A DNA stretch of 64,000 nt from Bacteroidales bacterium UBA3709 (GCA_002372015.1 DFIA01000092.1:15880-79879); one strand, 5' to 3'; positions 8,167 through 19,044 are shown, numbered from the stretch's first letter. Numbers and translations are program-made. Notes: a model not told the origin generated them from the letters alone.

Positions 8167-11100
8167 ATGGTAACCAGTCAAACCATAATAGATAAGTTCA
8201 ACAACATTGCGGCAGTTTCGTATGTTTCTGAATTTATATGCAAGCCAACTGAAAAGGAATCTTTGTTTTCAGTCAGGGGGCTGTTTGGTAGTGCTAAAGG
8301 TTACTTTTTATCTGCAGTTGTCAATAATTGTGTTTCTGCGCATATACATCTTATTATAGAAGATAGTAAAGAGGCAGCCGAGTACATGTGCGGCGATTTA
8401 TACAACATTTTTAGTGGAGAGGTTTATTATTTTCCATCTTCCTCTTCTATGTCTTCCAAAATAGTTTCTATAAAAGATTCGTCAAATAAAGTTCTTCGCA
8501 GCATAGCTCTTACTGCTGTCAATAATTTTAGCAAGGAATCTTCAAACATAGCTATAGTTACATATCCAGAAGCTGTAAAAGAGAAGATACTCAATAGTAA
8601 AGATGTAATAAACAGTATCTTGAAAATACAAGTAGGACAGCAGATAGATTATGAACATCTGAAAGAAGCCCTGCAAAAAGAATCTTTTGAAAGAGTAGAT
8701 TTTGTTTCAGAACCAGGTCAGTTTGCAATAAGGGGCGGTATTGTGGATATATTTTCTTATTCAGATAATGTTCCTTACAGAATAGATTTTTTTGGAAATA
8801 CAGTAGAAAGTATTAAAAAGTTTAATGTAAATACCCAGCGTTCAGACGAATCTGTAGAGAGCGTAGAAATCTTTCCGGATATTTATAATCCTTCTAACAT
8901 AATGGCTCACGGAGGGCAAAGTCTATTGCAGTATATAAGTAACCAAAACTGTGTTATATGGAATAATACATTTGAGAATATTTTGGAGGCAGAATCTGGT
9001 AAAAAGATAGTGTATATCAATGGTAAAACAATTTATCCATCATCTGAAGAACAAAAAATAAAAACAGTAACCTTAGATTGTAGTCCACAACCCAGTTTCA
9101 ATAAAAATTTTGCCCTTCTTGCAGATGATATTAGAAAAAAGAACAACAAAGGTTTTCAGGTATTTATAAGTTCATCTTCAAAAGATCAGATAGAGCGTAT
9201 AAAAAATATCTTCCGCGATTCGTCTCACATAGTATCGGAGGGAGAATATCCATATTTTAATAGTATAGAATATTCTAATCATCAAGGCTTTATATGTAAT
9301 GATGCTAAAATATGTCTATATACAGACCATCAAATATTTGAAAGATATCACAGAGTAAAAATACATAGAGAAGTAGAACGTAGCGAAAGATTAGCTTTAG
9401 CAGATTTAAATGCTTTTCATATAGGAGACTATATTGTACATATCGACCATGGAGTAGGAGTTTTTGGAGGGTTATTAAAAACAAATATAGGCGGCAAGCT
9501 TCAAGAGGCTGTAAAAATTACATATCGCGATGGGGATGTAATCTTTGTTTCGGTTCACGGATTACATAAGATTTCTAAATATAAGTCTAAAGACGGATTA
9601 CCTCCTAAAATATATAAGTTGGGAGGCAATGCGTGGAACAAATTAAAAGCTACAACCAAAGCCAGAATAAAAGACATAGCAGAAGAGCTAATAAACTTAT
9701 ATGCAGAGAGAAAGCAAGCACGGGGCTTTGCCTTTTCCGAAGACAATTATATGCAGCATGAGTTAGAGGCATCTTTTGTTTTTGAAGACACTCCAGACCA
9801 ACTCAGTGCCACCAAGGCAGTAAAGCATGATATGGAAAGCTCCAGTCCTATGGACAGGTTAATTTGTGGAGATGTGGGTTTTGGAAAAACAGAAATAGCG
9901 ATAAGAGCGGCATTTAAAGCAGTTTGCGATAATAAACAAGTATGCGTTTTAGTTCCAACCACAATACTTGCACTCCAACACTATAAAACCTTTACAGAAC
10001 GACTTGCCCAATTTCCGTGTAGGATAGATTATCTGAGTAGGTTACGAACAACCAAAGACATTAGAGAAATTATAAAGAACCTTGCAGACGGAAAGATAGA
10101 TATAATAATAGGAACTCATCGTCTTCTTAATAAACAAATTAAATTTAAAGACTTAGGACTCTTGATAGTAGATGAGGAACAAAAGTTTGGGGTTTCTGCA
10201 AAAGAACGTCTAAGACAACTGAAAGTAGAAGTTGATACCCTCACTCTTACAGCCACTCCTATTCCGAGAACGCTTCAGTTTTCGCTTCTTGGGGCACGAG
10301 ATCTGTCTATAATAAACACCCCTCCGCCAAATCGCTTGCCAGTACAGACGGAAATAATAGATTTTAATGAGGAATATATAAAAGAAGCCATTGAATATGA
10401 GCTTAAAAGGGGAGGACAAGTATTCTTTGTACACAACAGAGTAGAAGACATACTTGCCGTAGAACAAATGATCAACAGACTTTCTCCTAAAGCCAAAACC
10501 ATAACCGGCCATGGTCAGATGGAGGCTACAGAATTGGAAAACAGAATATTGGGTTTTATACGGGGAGATTATGATGTTCTGATATCTACCACAATTATAG
10601 AAAACGGCATAGATATACCAAATGCCAATACTATGATTATCAATCAGGCACACATGTTTGGCCTAAGCGATTTACACCAGTTAAGAGGCCGTGTTGGCAG
10701 GTCTGGAATAAAAGCATATTGCTATCTGATAATTCCGCCGATGACATCTATTTCAGAAGATGCCAAGAGAAGAATAAAAGCTATTGAAGCCTTTTCTGAA
10801 TTAGGTAGCGGATTTAATATAGCCATGCAAGATTTAGATATAAGGGGGGCAGGAAATTTATTAGGCGGAGAACAAAGTGGCTTTATAGCAGATATGGGCT
10901 TTGAAACATATCAAAAGATACTTAACGAGGCTTTTATGGAAATCAACGCCAAAAGGCAAGATATAGTGCAGGAAGTATCTGAAAATATGACTTTTGTATC
11001 TGATTGCAGCTTAGATACAGACCTTGAAATATATATTCCAGATGATTATATTTCTCAGACATCAGAAAAAATCAGACTGTACAAAGAGCTCGATGCCATG

Positions 11101-11448
11101 AAAACAGAAAAGGAAACAGAAGCTTTTCTTGCAAGTTTACAAGATAGATTTGGCACTCCTCCTGAGCAAGTAATACAACTGTCTTATGTAGTACGTCTGA
11201 GACAACTTGCCATAAGCCTCGGGATAGAAAAGGTGGTTTTGAGAGAAGGAGTAATGATAATGTATTTTATATCCGACCAGAACTCTGTCTTTTACAGAAC
11301 AGAAACCTTTCAGAATATAATGCGAAATATTTCTATAAAGCGCATAGGTAAAGTAAATTATCAGCAAGAAAAAAACAGATTGAGCGTAAAGGTCCTCAGA
11401 ATAGATTCTATTAGCAAAGCCTACTCTGTGCTATTGTCTCTAAAGTAA
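8167..11448 (+). CDS. mfd: Transcription-repair coupling factor Mfd
   Basis: 1093 aa. CarD-like segment (GDYIVHIDHGVG), helicase motif I GDVGFGKTE, motif II LLIVDEEQKFG, and RGRVGRS. Confidence 0.92.
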   Translation: MVTSQTIIDKFNNIAAVSYVSEFICKPTEKESLFSVRGLFGSAKGYFLSAVVNNCVSAHIHLIIEDSKEAAEYMCGDLYNIFSGEVYYFPSSSSMSSKIVSIKDSSNKVLRSIALTAVNNFSKESSNIAIVTYPEAVKEKILNSKDVINSILKIQVGQQIDYEHLKEALQKESFERVDFVSEPGQFAIRGGIVDIFSYSDNVPYRIDFFGNTVESIKKFNVNTQRSDESVESVEIFPDIYNPSNIMAHGGQSLLQYISNQNCVIWNNTFENILEAESGKKIVYINGKTIYPSSEEQKIKTVTLDCSPQPSFNKNFALLADDIRKKNNKGFQVFISSSSKDQIERIKNIFRDSSHIVSEGEYPYFNSIEYSNHQGFICNDAKICLYTDHQIFERYHRVKIHREVERSERLALADLNAFHIGDYIVHIDHGVGVFGGLLKTNIGGKLQEAVKITYRDGDVIFVSVHGLHKISKYKSKDGLPPKIYKLGGNAWNKLKATTKARIKDIAEELINLYAERKQARGFAFSEDNYMQHELEASFVFEDTPDQLSATKAVKHDMESSSPMDRLICGDVGFGKTEIAIRAAFKAVCDNKQVCVLVPTTILALQHYKTFTERLAQFPCRIDYLSRLRTTKDIREIIKNLADGKIDIIIGTHRLLNKQIKFKDLGLLIVDEEQKFGVSAKERLRQLKVEVDTLTLTATPIPRTLQFSLLGARDLSIINTPPPNRLPVQTEIIDFNEEYIKEAIEYELKRGGQVFFVHNRVEDILAVEQMINRLSPKAKTITGHGQMEATELENRILGFIRGDYDVLISTTIIENGIDIPNANTMIINQAHMFGLSDLHQLRGRVGRSGIKAYCYLIIPPMTSISEDAKRRIKAIEAFSELGSGFNIAMQDLDIRGAGNLLGGEQSGFIADMGFETYQKILNEAFMEINAKRQDIVQEVSENMTFVSDCSLDTDLEIYIPDDYISQTSEKIRLYKELDAMKTEKETEAFLASLQDRFGTPPEQVIQLSYVVRLRQLAISLGIEKVVLREGVMIMYFISDQNSVFYRTETFQNIMRNISIKRIGKVNYQQEKNRLSVKVLRIDSISKAYSVLLSLK

Positions 11449-11475
11449 TAGAGTCTATCATATACTTTTTATCAC

Positions 11476-11483
11476 TATATTTG
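11476..11483 (+). promoter_or_regulatory. Candidate -7 promoter box for coaX (TATATTTG)
   Basis: Matches TAnnTTTG, 8 nt upstream of ATG 11492. Confidence 0.45.
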
Positions 11484-11491
11484 AACCTTAT

Positions 11492-12223
11492 ATGGAGACA
11501 AATCTTCTTGTAGATATAGGAAATACAAATGCTAAAGTAGTTTTTTACTATAACTCAACCATGGGTAAACTGCATCGTTCTGCCGATAGAGATGCTGTAC
11601 AATTCATCAAGAGTATCATAAACTCCGGAGAGTATGAGATAGATACCATGGTTGTTAGCAATGTCCGCACGGCAAATGCTCCTATAGAAGCAGCCCTTAA
11701 ACCATTGTGTAGAAGGCTGATAATGTTAGACTACAAAACAAAACTTCCTGTAGATTTGTGTTACGGTTTTGATGCCACAGAATTAGGTGCAGATAGAATA
11801 GCAGCGGCTGTTGCTGTGGCTTGTATGTTTAAAGGCCAAGACTGCATAAAGTTTGATTTTGGAACAGCTATGACGGTAGATTTTATAGACCGTAACGGCC
11901 ATTATCTTGGAGGAAATATTTCTTTAGGTATGCGTAGCCGTTTTAGGGCTCTAAACCAGTTTACCGGGCTTTTGCCATTTATTACTCCAGACGATGAATT
12001 TCCACCTGTAGGAGTTACTACAACCGGAGCGATGAGTGCAGGAGTAGTTTACGGTCTGATATTTGAAGTGGAGGGTTATATAAAAAGGTATCCGCAACAT
12101 ACAATAATTTTTACAGGAGGAGATTCCTTTTATTTTGCACATAAGATAAAACACACGGTTTTTGCAACGCAAGACATGGTATTGCAAGGACTGGCATTCA
12201 TAGCAGATTTTTATAAGAAATAA
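11492..12223 (+). CDS. coaX: Type III pantothenate kinase
   Basis: 243 aa. N-terminal LLVDIGNTNAK, LGADRIAAAVA, and FTGGDS. Confidence 0.85.
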   Translation: METNLLVDIGNTNAKVVFYYNSTMGKLHRSADRDAVQFIKSIINSGEYEIDTMVVSNVRTANAPIEAALKPLCRRLIMLDYKTKLPVDLCYGFDATELGADRIAAAVAVACMFKGQDCIKFDFGTAMTVDFIDRNGHYLGGNISLGMRSRFRALNQFTGLLPFITPDDEFPPVGVTTTGAMSAGVVYGLIFEVEGYIKRYPQHTIIFTGGDSFYFAHKIKHTVFATQDMVLQGLAFIADFYKK

Positions 12224-12224
12224 G

Positions 12225-13511
12225 ATGAGAGTAAAAAGAGGCATATTTCTGATAATAACGGCATTATTTACTTGCCAACTAAGTTTTGGACAAGATCTTG
12301 ATGCACTTGGAACATTCACCCCTTATTCTCTTTACGGAATAGGCGATTTGCATGGCGCAGACAATGCTATAACTAAAGGCATGGGTGGCATAGGCATGGG
12401 AGTACGAGATGCCAGATTTATCAATTATAAAAACATAGCTTCCATCACGGAGAGAGACACTCTTTCTTTTATGTTGGATTTAGGAGTTTTTTCAAAAAAC
12501 ATGTATTTGAGAGACAAAAACACAAAATCTGCCTTCAATACAGTTAATATCAACAATTTTGTAATATCCATGCCAATAAAGGACAAGCACTCCTTTGTTG
12601 TTGGCGTAATGCCGTATGCCAATATGGGCTACAAATTCCAGACAACAGAAACAGATCCTGCCCTGATATCAAAATACGGCGACATTAAATATCGCAAATA
12701 CGGAAACGGAAACATAAATCAAATCTTTTTAGGAGGCGCAATAAAACTTTCCAAAAATCTTTCAGCCGGAGTTCAAGGTATATACTATTTTGGTTCTCAG
12801 ACAAATCATAGCGATATATACTTTAATTCACCGGGCATACGTTCCATAGAAACGGGTTGGAAATACACACCTCATGGCTTTGGTGTTGAACTGGCAGCAC
12901 AGAGTGCTTTTAAGGTAGCAGAAGAAACAGACATTACGATAGGAGCCACTTATAGAATAAAGAGTAAGCTAAAAGGCACTACTACACGATATGCCTATGT
13001 AACAGACAATGTTGTGGCAGATACAGTTATGAATACCAAGTTAAAGACCAACATATCCATTCCGGCTACTCTTACCATAGGAGCTGCTATAAGAAAAGGG
13101 ACAAAATGGTTGTTTGGTGTAGATTATCAGCGTCAAGATTGGTCTGGAACGGATTTCCGTCCGGTATCCGGCGTCTCTTATAAAAGCCAAGCAGCACAGT
13201 CTATCAAGGCTGGAATGGAATTTGTACCAAACAGATATGACATTAGGTATTATTACAAGAGAATAACTTATAGAGCCGGTTTCCATTACGATAAAACCTA
13301 TGTTAATGTAGAAGGAAAAAGTATAAATCAGATGGGAATAACTTTAGGAATGTCGCTGCCGGTGAACAGATTGAACAACTCGTTCAATATAGCTGTAGAT
13401 ATTGGCCAGCGGGGGTCGAAAACAGGAAACTTAGTGAAAGAGAATTATGTTAATTTTATATTTAGCCTAAGTTTGCACGACCTTTGGTTTATAAAACCGA
13501 GATATCAATAA
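12225..13511 (+). CDS. Outer-membrane beta-barrel protein, uncharacterised
   Basis: 428 aa. Signal peptide (LFTCQLSFGQ) and alternating amphipathic beta-strand pattern with frequent Y/G/N turns. Located 1 nt after coaX. Confidence 0.5.
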   Translation: MRVKRGIFLIITALFTCQLSFGQDLDALGTFTPYSLYGIGDLHGADNAITKGMGGIGMGVRDARFINYKNIASITERDTLSFMLDLGVFSKNMYLRDKNTKSAFNTVNINNFVISMPIKDKHSFVVGVMPYANMGYKFQTTETDPALISKYGDIKYRKYGNGNINQIFLGGAIKLSKNLSAGVQGIYYFGSQTNHSDIYFNSPGIRSIETGWKYTPHGFGVELAAQSAFKVAEETDITIGATYRIKSKLKGTTTRYAYVTDNVVADTVMNTKLKTNISIPATLTIGAAIRKGTKWLFGVDYQRQDWSGTDFRPVSGVSYKSQAAQSIKAGMEFVPNRYDIRYYYKRITYRAGFHYDKTYVNVEGKSINQMGITLGMSLPVNRLNNSFNIAVDIGQRGSKTGNLVKENYVNFIFSLSLHDLWFIKPRYQ

Positions 13512-13569
13512 TTTGATTAAATTTGCCCCCCACAAAGAAACAATAAAAACTCAAAAATATTTAGCTACT

Positions 13570-14898
13570 ATGAAAAAATTAAGAACCACACTCTATCTCA
13601 TTGCAGCAGTTCTGGTACTCTTCCAAATAAAAAGTTCTGCTCAAGGAAGATTCGGAAAAGATAGTGCCGAATGTGTAAACAGTCTTAATTTCTATCAAGA
13701 TTTCCTTCAGCAGGGAAGCATGGAAGATGCCTATTCCAATTGGAAACAGGCTATGCAATACTGTCCGCCAAAGGTATCGCAGAATCTTTATATTAACGGC
13801 AGAAAAATCTTATTACATAGGATAAACAACCATAAGGGTTCTGTAGAAGAAAGAGAAGCCATGATAGATTCTCTGCTTCAGCTTGCAGATAAACGCGCCT
13901 CTCTTTTTCCTAAGAACGCTAAAAAAGCACAAGAAGGAAAACTTTCTGATGTAATGGTGTTTTATGGCCAAAATCCGGAAAAAACAGAGATGATATTTAA
14001 ATATCTCGATTCTTACGCAACAGACTTTGGAGCAGAAGCCGACCATCAGTTAGTAGTAAATGCTATGATTAAGGCAACAGAACTTCTTAATGTTCAAAAG
14101 CTTACAGAAGAAGATGTTATGAACCTTTATTCAAAGTATAACAATATTTTTGAAGCAAGGCGCGCTGCCAACCCAACTGATGCGAGCATAGATGAAGCGG
14201 AAACTATGTTGCAGAATGCTTTTATTAAATCCGGCATTGCAACTTGCGAGAATCTTGTAAAGGTTTTTACTCCAAGATTTGAGCAGAATCAGGAAGACAC
14301 AGCTCTTCTTAATACTATTTCTTCTTTGCTCCATTTTAATAAGTGTGTAGATACAGAATTATTCGCAAAGGTTGTGGCTCAAAAGTATAAACTCGCTCCT
14401 ACAGCAGGTGCCGCTTTCTTCTTATATACAGTGTTTAACGAAAAGGGAGACGAGGAAACAGCTCTCAACTATCTGAAAGAAGCAACAAATGTAGCAACAG
14501 GCGTTGATAAGGGAACTTATCTGTATGCACTTGCAACCATACACTTTCGTAACCACTCTTACGGACAAGCCGTTTCTGTGGCAAAACAAGCAGCAGAGTT
14601 AAACCCTAAATATGCAGGAAAGGCAGAATTGCTTATAGGAACAATTTGGGCAGCAGCTTCTTGTGGCGGAGACGAAATAGCAAAAAGAGCAAAGTTTTGG
14701 GTAGCAACAGATTATATGCAGAGAGCAAAGGCTAAAGATCCTTCTCTAACAGAAGAATGTAACAAAAATATAGCTACTTACAGCCGTTACTTCCCAACAG
14801 CGCAAGATGCCTTTATGTACGATCTTACAGACGGCAAGGGATATTCTATTTCTTGCAACGGGATGAGTGCATCTACAACAGTAAGAACACAGAAATAG
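13570..14898 (+). CDS. Secreted TPR-like helical repeat protein
   Basis: Start moved from TTG 13513 to ATG 13570 (MKKLRTTLYLIAAVLVLFQIKSSAQG signal peptide). Helical-repeat composition. Confidence 0.55.
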   Translation: MKKLRTTLYLIAAVLVLFQIKSSAQGRFGKDSAECVNSLNFYQDFLQQGSMEDAYSNWKQAMQYCPPKVSQNLYINGRKILLHRINNHKGSVEEREAMIDSLLQLADKRASLFPKNAKKAQEGKLSDVMVFYGQNPEKTEMIFKYLDSYATDFGAEADHQLVVNAMIKATELLNVQKLTEEDVMNLYSKYNNIFEARRAANPTDASIDEAETMLQNAFIKSGIATCENLVKVFTPRFEQNQEDTALLNTISSLLHFNKCVDTELFAKVVAQKYKLAPTAGAAFFLYTVFNEKGDEETALNYLKEATNVATGVDKGTYLYALATIHFRNHSYGQAVSVAKQAAELNPKYAGKAELLIGTIWAAASCGGDEIAKRAKFWVATDYMQRAKAKDPSLTEECNKNIATYSRYFPTAQDAFMYDLTDGKGYSISCNGMSASTTVRTQK

Positions 14899-14914
14899 AT
14901 ATAAGAAAGGACCT

Positions 14915-15583
14915 ATGCATAGGCAATCCTTTCATATCATAGAATTGGCAGCAGCCGCCATCATGGCTGCTGCTTTCTTATTGTTTGCACAGTCTTGTAA
15001 ATCAACAACAGAAATTACTGATTACATAGATATTAGTGCTGTTCCAAGGCAAGTTGGAGACAGTATTTATGCAGTAAATAGCGTTAATGGAGAAATTACG
15101 CTCAGGTTAGAGGCGCCCAGAATGGAGAAATACGAGACAGATACCAGTAGCTACGAACTTTTTCCTTCTGGCTTTGATGTTTTTTCTTACAATAAAGCAG
15201 ATTTAGAAACACATATACATTCAAAGGCGGCACGTCATACTATTACAAAGCATAGAGAAGAAACGTGGGAAGTTTTTGGGAATGTGGTTATTACAAACCA
15301 TATAAACGGTCAGGTTCTAAAGACAGATACACTATATTGGGATAGATATAATCATAGAATATTTACGCATTGTTTTGTTGAAATGTCCTCACCTCAGGGC
15401 TTTATGCAGGGTTATGGAATGGAGAGCGACGAACAGGCTCGTCATGCAGAGATACTAAGACCTTTTAACTCTTTTAGCAGAATAGAAGAAGACTCTCTGT
15501 ATTTAGATACAGCAAATTTCATAGGCCCTATACTGGATAAGTCTAAAATAGGCAGAGATCTAAAAATAAAAGGTAAAGAATAG
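14915..15583 (+). CDS. lptC: LPS export periplasmic protein LptC-like
   Basis: 222 aa. N-terminal membrane anchor, and a GNVVITN...LKTDTLYWDR...GYGMESDE pattern typical of LptC. The synteny TPR / LptC / GldE-like is common in Bacteroidota. Confidence 0.55.
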   Translation: MHRQSFHIIELAAAAIMAAAFLLFAQSCKSTTEITDYIDISAVPRQVGDSIYAVNSVNGEITLRLEAPRMEKYETDTSSYELFPSGFDVFSYNKADLETHIHSKAARHTITKHREETWEVFGNVVITNHINGQVLKTDTLYWDRYNHRIFTHCFVEMSSPQGFMQGYGMESDEQARHAEILRPFNSFSRIEEDSLYLDTANFIGPILDKSKIGRDLKIKGKE

Positions 15584-15584
15584 C

Positions 15585-16853
15585 ATGATATACAATCTCA
15601 TAATAGTATTTTTGGCTTTGTGTTTTAGTGCATTGTTTTCTGGGTATGAGATGGCTTTTCTGCATTGTAATCGCCTGAAAGTTGCGTTAGATAAAAAAGA
15701 AGGGAAGAAATATGCCTTGGCCATGGACAGGTTTATAGTAAATGAAGGAGATTTAATATCTTCTTTGCTAATGGGGAATAACATTTTTCTGGTAATTTAC
15801 AGTATAGCGGCAGCACATTTACTCAATCCTTTTCTAATTGCCCATATAACAAATTCTACATCGCTGATAATAATCATAGAAACCATAGTTGCCACGCTGA
15901 TAGTAATGATTACAGCGGAGTATTTACCCAAGGCCCTATGTCTGCTAAATGCCAATAAGATATTTTCTTCTTTATACAGAATAATATTGTTTTTCTACTA
16001 TCTGTTCTACCCTTTAACTTGGCTTACTAACCATCTTTCGTATCTGATGCTTGGCAAAAAAATGTCTAAGCCTACAACAGTTTCGAGGATTGCAAGCGAA
16101 GATAAGTTTGACAGGGAAGATCTTCTCAATTTATCTGAAGAAGTGGAAGATGCACAAGGCGATGACGTGCCTTCCGATATAGAAATTTTTCAGAACGCAG
16201 TGGATTTTTCTTCCACCAAAATAAAGGAATGTCTTATACCCCGTACAGAAATAATAGCAATAGATATAGAAGACAGCATAGAAGACCTTTTGAAGTTGTT
16301 TGTAGAAACAGGTTATTCAAGAATTATTGTTTACAAAGAAAATTTAGATAACATAATAGGCTATGTTTTATCTAAAGATCTCCTTTCAGACGTAAAAGAG
16401 TCTATTTCTCAAATATTGAGACCAATAGCCCATGTGCCTTTAGATATGGACGCCCGCACTCTATTAGAAAAAATGATAGGGCGCAAAGAAAACATTGTTG
16501 CAGTGTCTGACGAATATGGCGGAACAGAGGGCATAATAACACTTGAAGATTTGATAGAAGAAATCTTTGGCGAAATAGATGATGAGTTAGACAGGAATGA
16601 ATTTGTTGAAAAAAAGATTTCCGATAATGAATGGGTGTTCTCTGCCCGTATGGCGGTAAAAGACATAAACCGTAAGTACAATTTGTCTATTCCCGAAGAT
16701 GAGGCGTACGAAACGCTTGCCGGAATGATACTCTATAACATAGGATCTATTCCAAAAGAAAAGGAAACTTTCCGCATAGGAAAAGTCTCCTTTACAATTC
16801 TTAAAACTTCCAAGAAAAGAATAGAAACAGTATCTGTTCTTATAGAAGATTAG
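15585..16853 (+). CDS. CNNM/HlyC-CorC family membrane protein (GldE-like): DUF21 + CBS pair + CorC_HlyC
   Basis: 422 aa. N-terminal 4-TM region, central CBS-like region, and C-terminal ITLEDLIEEIFGEIDDE motif. Confidence 0.8.
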   Translation: MIYNLIIVFLALCFSALFSGYEMAFLHCNRLKVALDKKEGKKYALAMDRFIVNEGDLISSLLMGNNIFLVIYSIAAAHLLNPFLIAHITNSTSLIIIIETIVATLIVMITAEYLPKALCLLNANKIFSSLYRIILFFYYLFYPLTWLTNHLSYLMLGKKMSKPTTVSRIASEDKFDREDLLNLSEEVEDAQGDDVPSDIEIFQNAVDFSSTKIKECLIPRTEIIAIDIEDSIEDLLKLFVETGYSRIIVYKENLDNIIGYVLSKDLLSDVKESISQILRPIAHVPLDMDARTLLEKMIGRKENIVAVSDEYGGTEGIITLEDLIEEIFGEIDDELDRNEFVEKKISDNEWVFSARMAVKDINRKYNLSIPEDEAYETLAGMILYNIGSIPKEKETFRIGKVSFTILKTSKKRIETVSVLIED

Positions 16854-16856
16854 CTG

Positions 16857-18971
16857 TTAATAAAATTTATAACGCATATCTATAACGTTTTCTTTATCGC
16901 ATATTATTTGTGATAGCGAGTTAAGTATGCTATAGACGTTATTTGAAGCCTTCATTTTGACATCGGAATCGGTATAGAAAGCTCCTGCTTTTTTATCTTT
17001 TATTTGGAAGTAATAAACCCCCAAATCGCCTTTAACAGGGCCAACCACATTATTGTTATTAGCTGCTCCCGCCTGTGCTACGCTTCCGATGAAAAGAGGA
17101 TCGAGTTGCTGTGTAGAACCAAGAGAAGAGAAAGTTACATCTGGAGAATTACTTACCGTAAGAGATAGTTTATCTGCCACTTCTTCTATGGTTGAAACAT
17201 TACCTACCTTTTCTTTAGTTTCTGCAGCGAGCTTATCAACTTTCTTTTGCATTGTAAGCATATCTTTGATCTGCGGAGCTATCTCACTAAGCTCTGCATA
17301 CCCGTATGGATGAATCCTCTGTAAAGCAGCTACTACAAAATACTTATTACCGCCAATCGTTATAACAGGAGAAATATCTCCAACCTCAGCTTCAAAGAGC
17401 CACCGGCTAACTTCTTTCATGTTGTCGTATCCGGCAATAGTTTTAGCTCCTCCGGCAATGCGGGTTGCCGGGATAAGATCCAGATTGTTTTCTCTTGCAT
17501 ACGCTTCAAATGTTTTAATATATGCATCGCTTTTATCTACAAGTTTATTTGCCTGAGCATATATTCTTGAAAAAGTTTCGGCGCTTGCAGAAGCCGCCTT
17601 AGAAAGAATGGCAACCTTAGCCTTTCTTACAGGGGTGGTAATGTTGTCAACCTTTACGATAATAACACTGCCGTTGCTGGATATAGTAAAAAGCTCTCCT
17701 TTTTTAGAAGAAAAGGCCTTCAAGAACTCGGCAGGGAGTTGTCTGTATGCTATAGGTTCCGTAATCCAGCCTATAGTACCAGGCTCGTAACCTCCCTGAG
17801 CCGGAATATATTGCGAGGCAATGGCTGTAAAATCTGCACCACTCTTTAGCACTTTGAGCAAACTGTCTGCCATGTTTGCGTTGGCCGTAGGAATATACTT
17901 AACAAACACAGAGTCCGGCCTTAAAGCTATGTCCATTATTTTGGCTGCAACAAAAACATTATCCAAGTGTTGCGGTGCCATAAAAGCACCAGTAGGGTTT
18001 GCACTTGCAAAATCATCTAAAATAGAAGAGATTTCTTTTAAATCGCCTTTCTTAAAATATAAATCGTTCAGAGGAAGATCTGAATTATGGGCAATAAAAG
18101 TTTTCATGTCAGAATCAGAAACCTCCAAAAACTCTTGATAGAGCTTTTCGTGCTCTTCTTTAGCAGCCTCAATGTCTTTGTCGGAAGGAGTAATGTTAAA
18201 GACAACCAGTTCTGCATCTCTCGATTCTATTTGCCTGAGAGTGTTTTTGATAGTTTCGTATCGCTGCTTGATTTCATTATCCGAAACCACTATGGTGCTA
18301 TCTTGGGCAAAGGCCACAGGCTGCAACACAAAATCTACATCGTATGAATTGTTGTTGTCTGCTATCTCTCTGCGAATCTGTAGGTTATTGGCAAAGGTAC
18401 CCTTTTCCAGCATAGAAGAATACTTTGAAAACATTCTGTTTTGCTCCATATTCCTTTCAAGAAAAGCCCAGTAAGCTGCAAAATTTCCACTATCGTCGAG
18501 ATCTATATTTTGAATAAATTCCTGAAATTTATTTTGATCAAACTCTCCATTTTCATTCAAGAAAATAGGCTCGTTAAGCAAAACAGGAGAAATGTCTTGT
18601 CCGTTTTTAGCCATTGCTATCATTTCTGCAGTTCCAACGCGTAAACCGGCGTTTTTACAAGCCGGAATCAATACGTTATCTGCAAGAAGGCTTTGCCAAG
18701 CCGAATTATTGATAATCTCGTTGCTTTCTTCGGTATTAGTAGCATTGCTGTTTGTGAGGCTGAAAATCCGCTGATAGTATTCAACCCTCTTAGCGAAATC
18801 GGTTTGAGAAATGCTCTTTTTTCCAACCTTTCCAATATCATACTGTGAAGAGACCATTGAGAAGGCTGTTTGCAGAGTGTCTGCATCTACAATAAAAGAC
18901 AGCAAAGCTATTGCGATAAAAACCGTAATAACTGCTCCCATCTTTCTGCGCATTTTTTCAAGAACTGCCAT
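16857..18971 (-). CDS. Periplasmic chaperone / peptidyl-prolyl isomerase PpiD-like
   Basis: 704 aa. N-terminal anchor (MAVLEKMRRKMGAVITVFIAIALLSFIV) and SurA-N-like region. Size and position are typical of Bacteroidota PpiD. Confidence 0.65.
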   Translation of the reverse strand: MAVLEKMRRKMGAVITVFIAIALLSFIVDADTLQTAFSMVSSQYDIGKVGKKSISQTDFAKRVEYYQRIFSLTNSNATNTEESNEIINNSAWQSLLADNVLIPACKNAGLRVGTAEMIAMAKNGQDISPVLLNEPIFLNENGEFDQNKFQEFIQNIDLDDSGNFAAYWAFLERNMEQNRMFSKYSSMLEKGTFANNLQIRREIADNNNSYDVDFVLQPVAFAQDSTIVVSDNEIKQRYETIKNTLRQIESRDAELVVFNITPSDKDIEAAKEEHEKLYQEFLEVSDSDMKTFIAHNSDLPLNDLYFKKGDLKEISSILDDFASANPTGAFMAPQHLDNVFVAAKIMDIALRPDSVFVKYIPTANANMADSLLKVLKSGADFTAIASQYIPAQGGYEPGTIGWITEPIAYRQLPAEFLKAFSSKKGELFTISSNGSVIIVKVDNITTPVRKAKVAILSKAASASAETFSRIYAQANKLVDKSDAYIKTFEAYARENNLDLIPATRIAGGAKTIAGYDNMKEVSRWLFEAEVGDISPVITIGGNKYFVVAALQRIHPYGYAELSEIAPQIKDMLTMQKKVDKLAAETKEKVGNVSTIEEVADKLSLTVSNSPDVTFSSLGSTQQLDPLFIGSVAQAGAANNNNVVGPVKGDLGVYYFQIKDKKAGAFYTDSDVKMKASNNVYSILNSLSQIICDKENVIDMRYKFY

Positions 18972-19016
18972 ATAAATAATGTATTTCTAAAGTTTATTCA
19001 AAAAAATCAAAGGGTA

Positions 19017-19024
19017 CAAAAGTA
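19017..19024 (-). promoter_or_regulatory. Candidate -7 promoter box for ppiD-like gene (TACTTTTG on minus strand)
   Basis: Plus strand reads CAAAAGTA, 45 nt upstream of the start at 18971. Confidence 0.3.
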
Positions 19025-19044
19025 ATAAAAAAAGACTCCACTGC

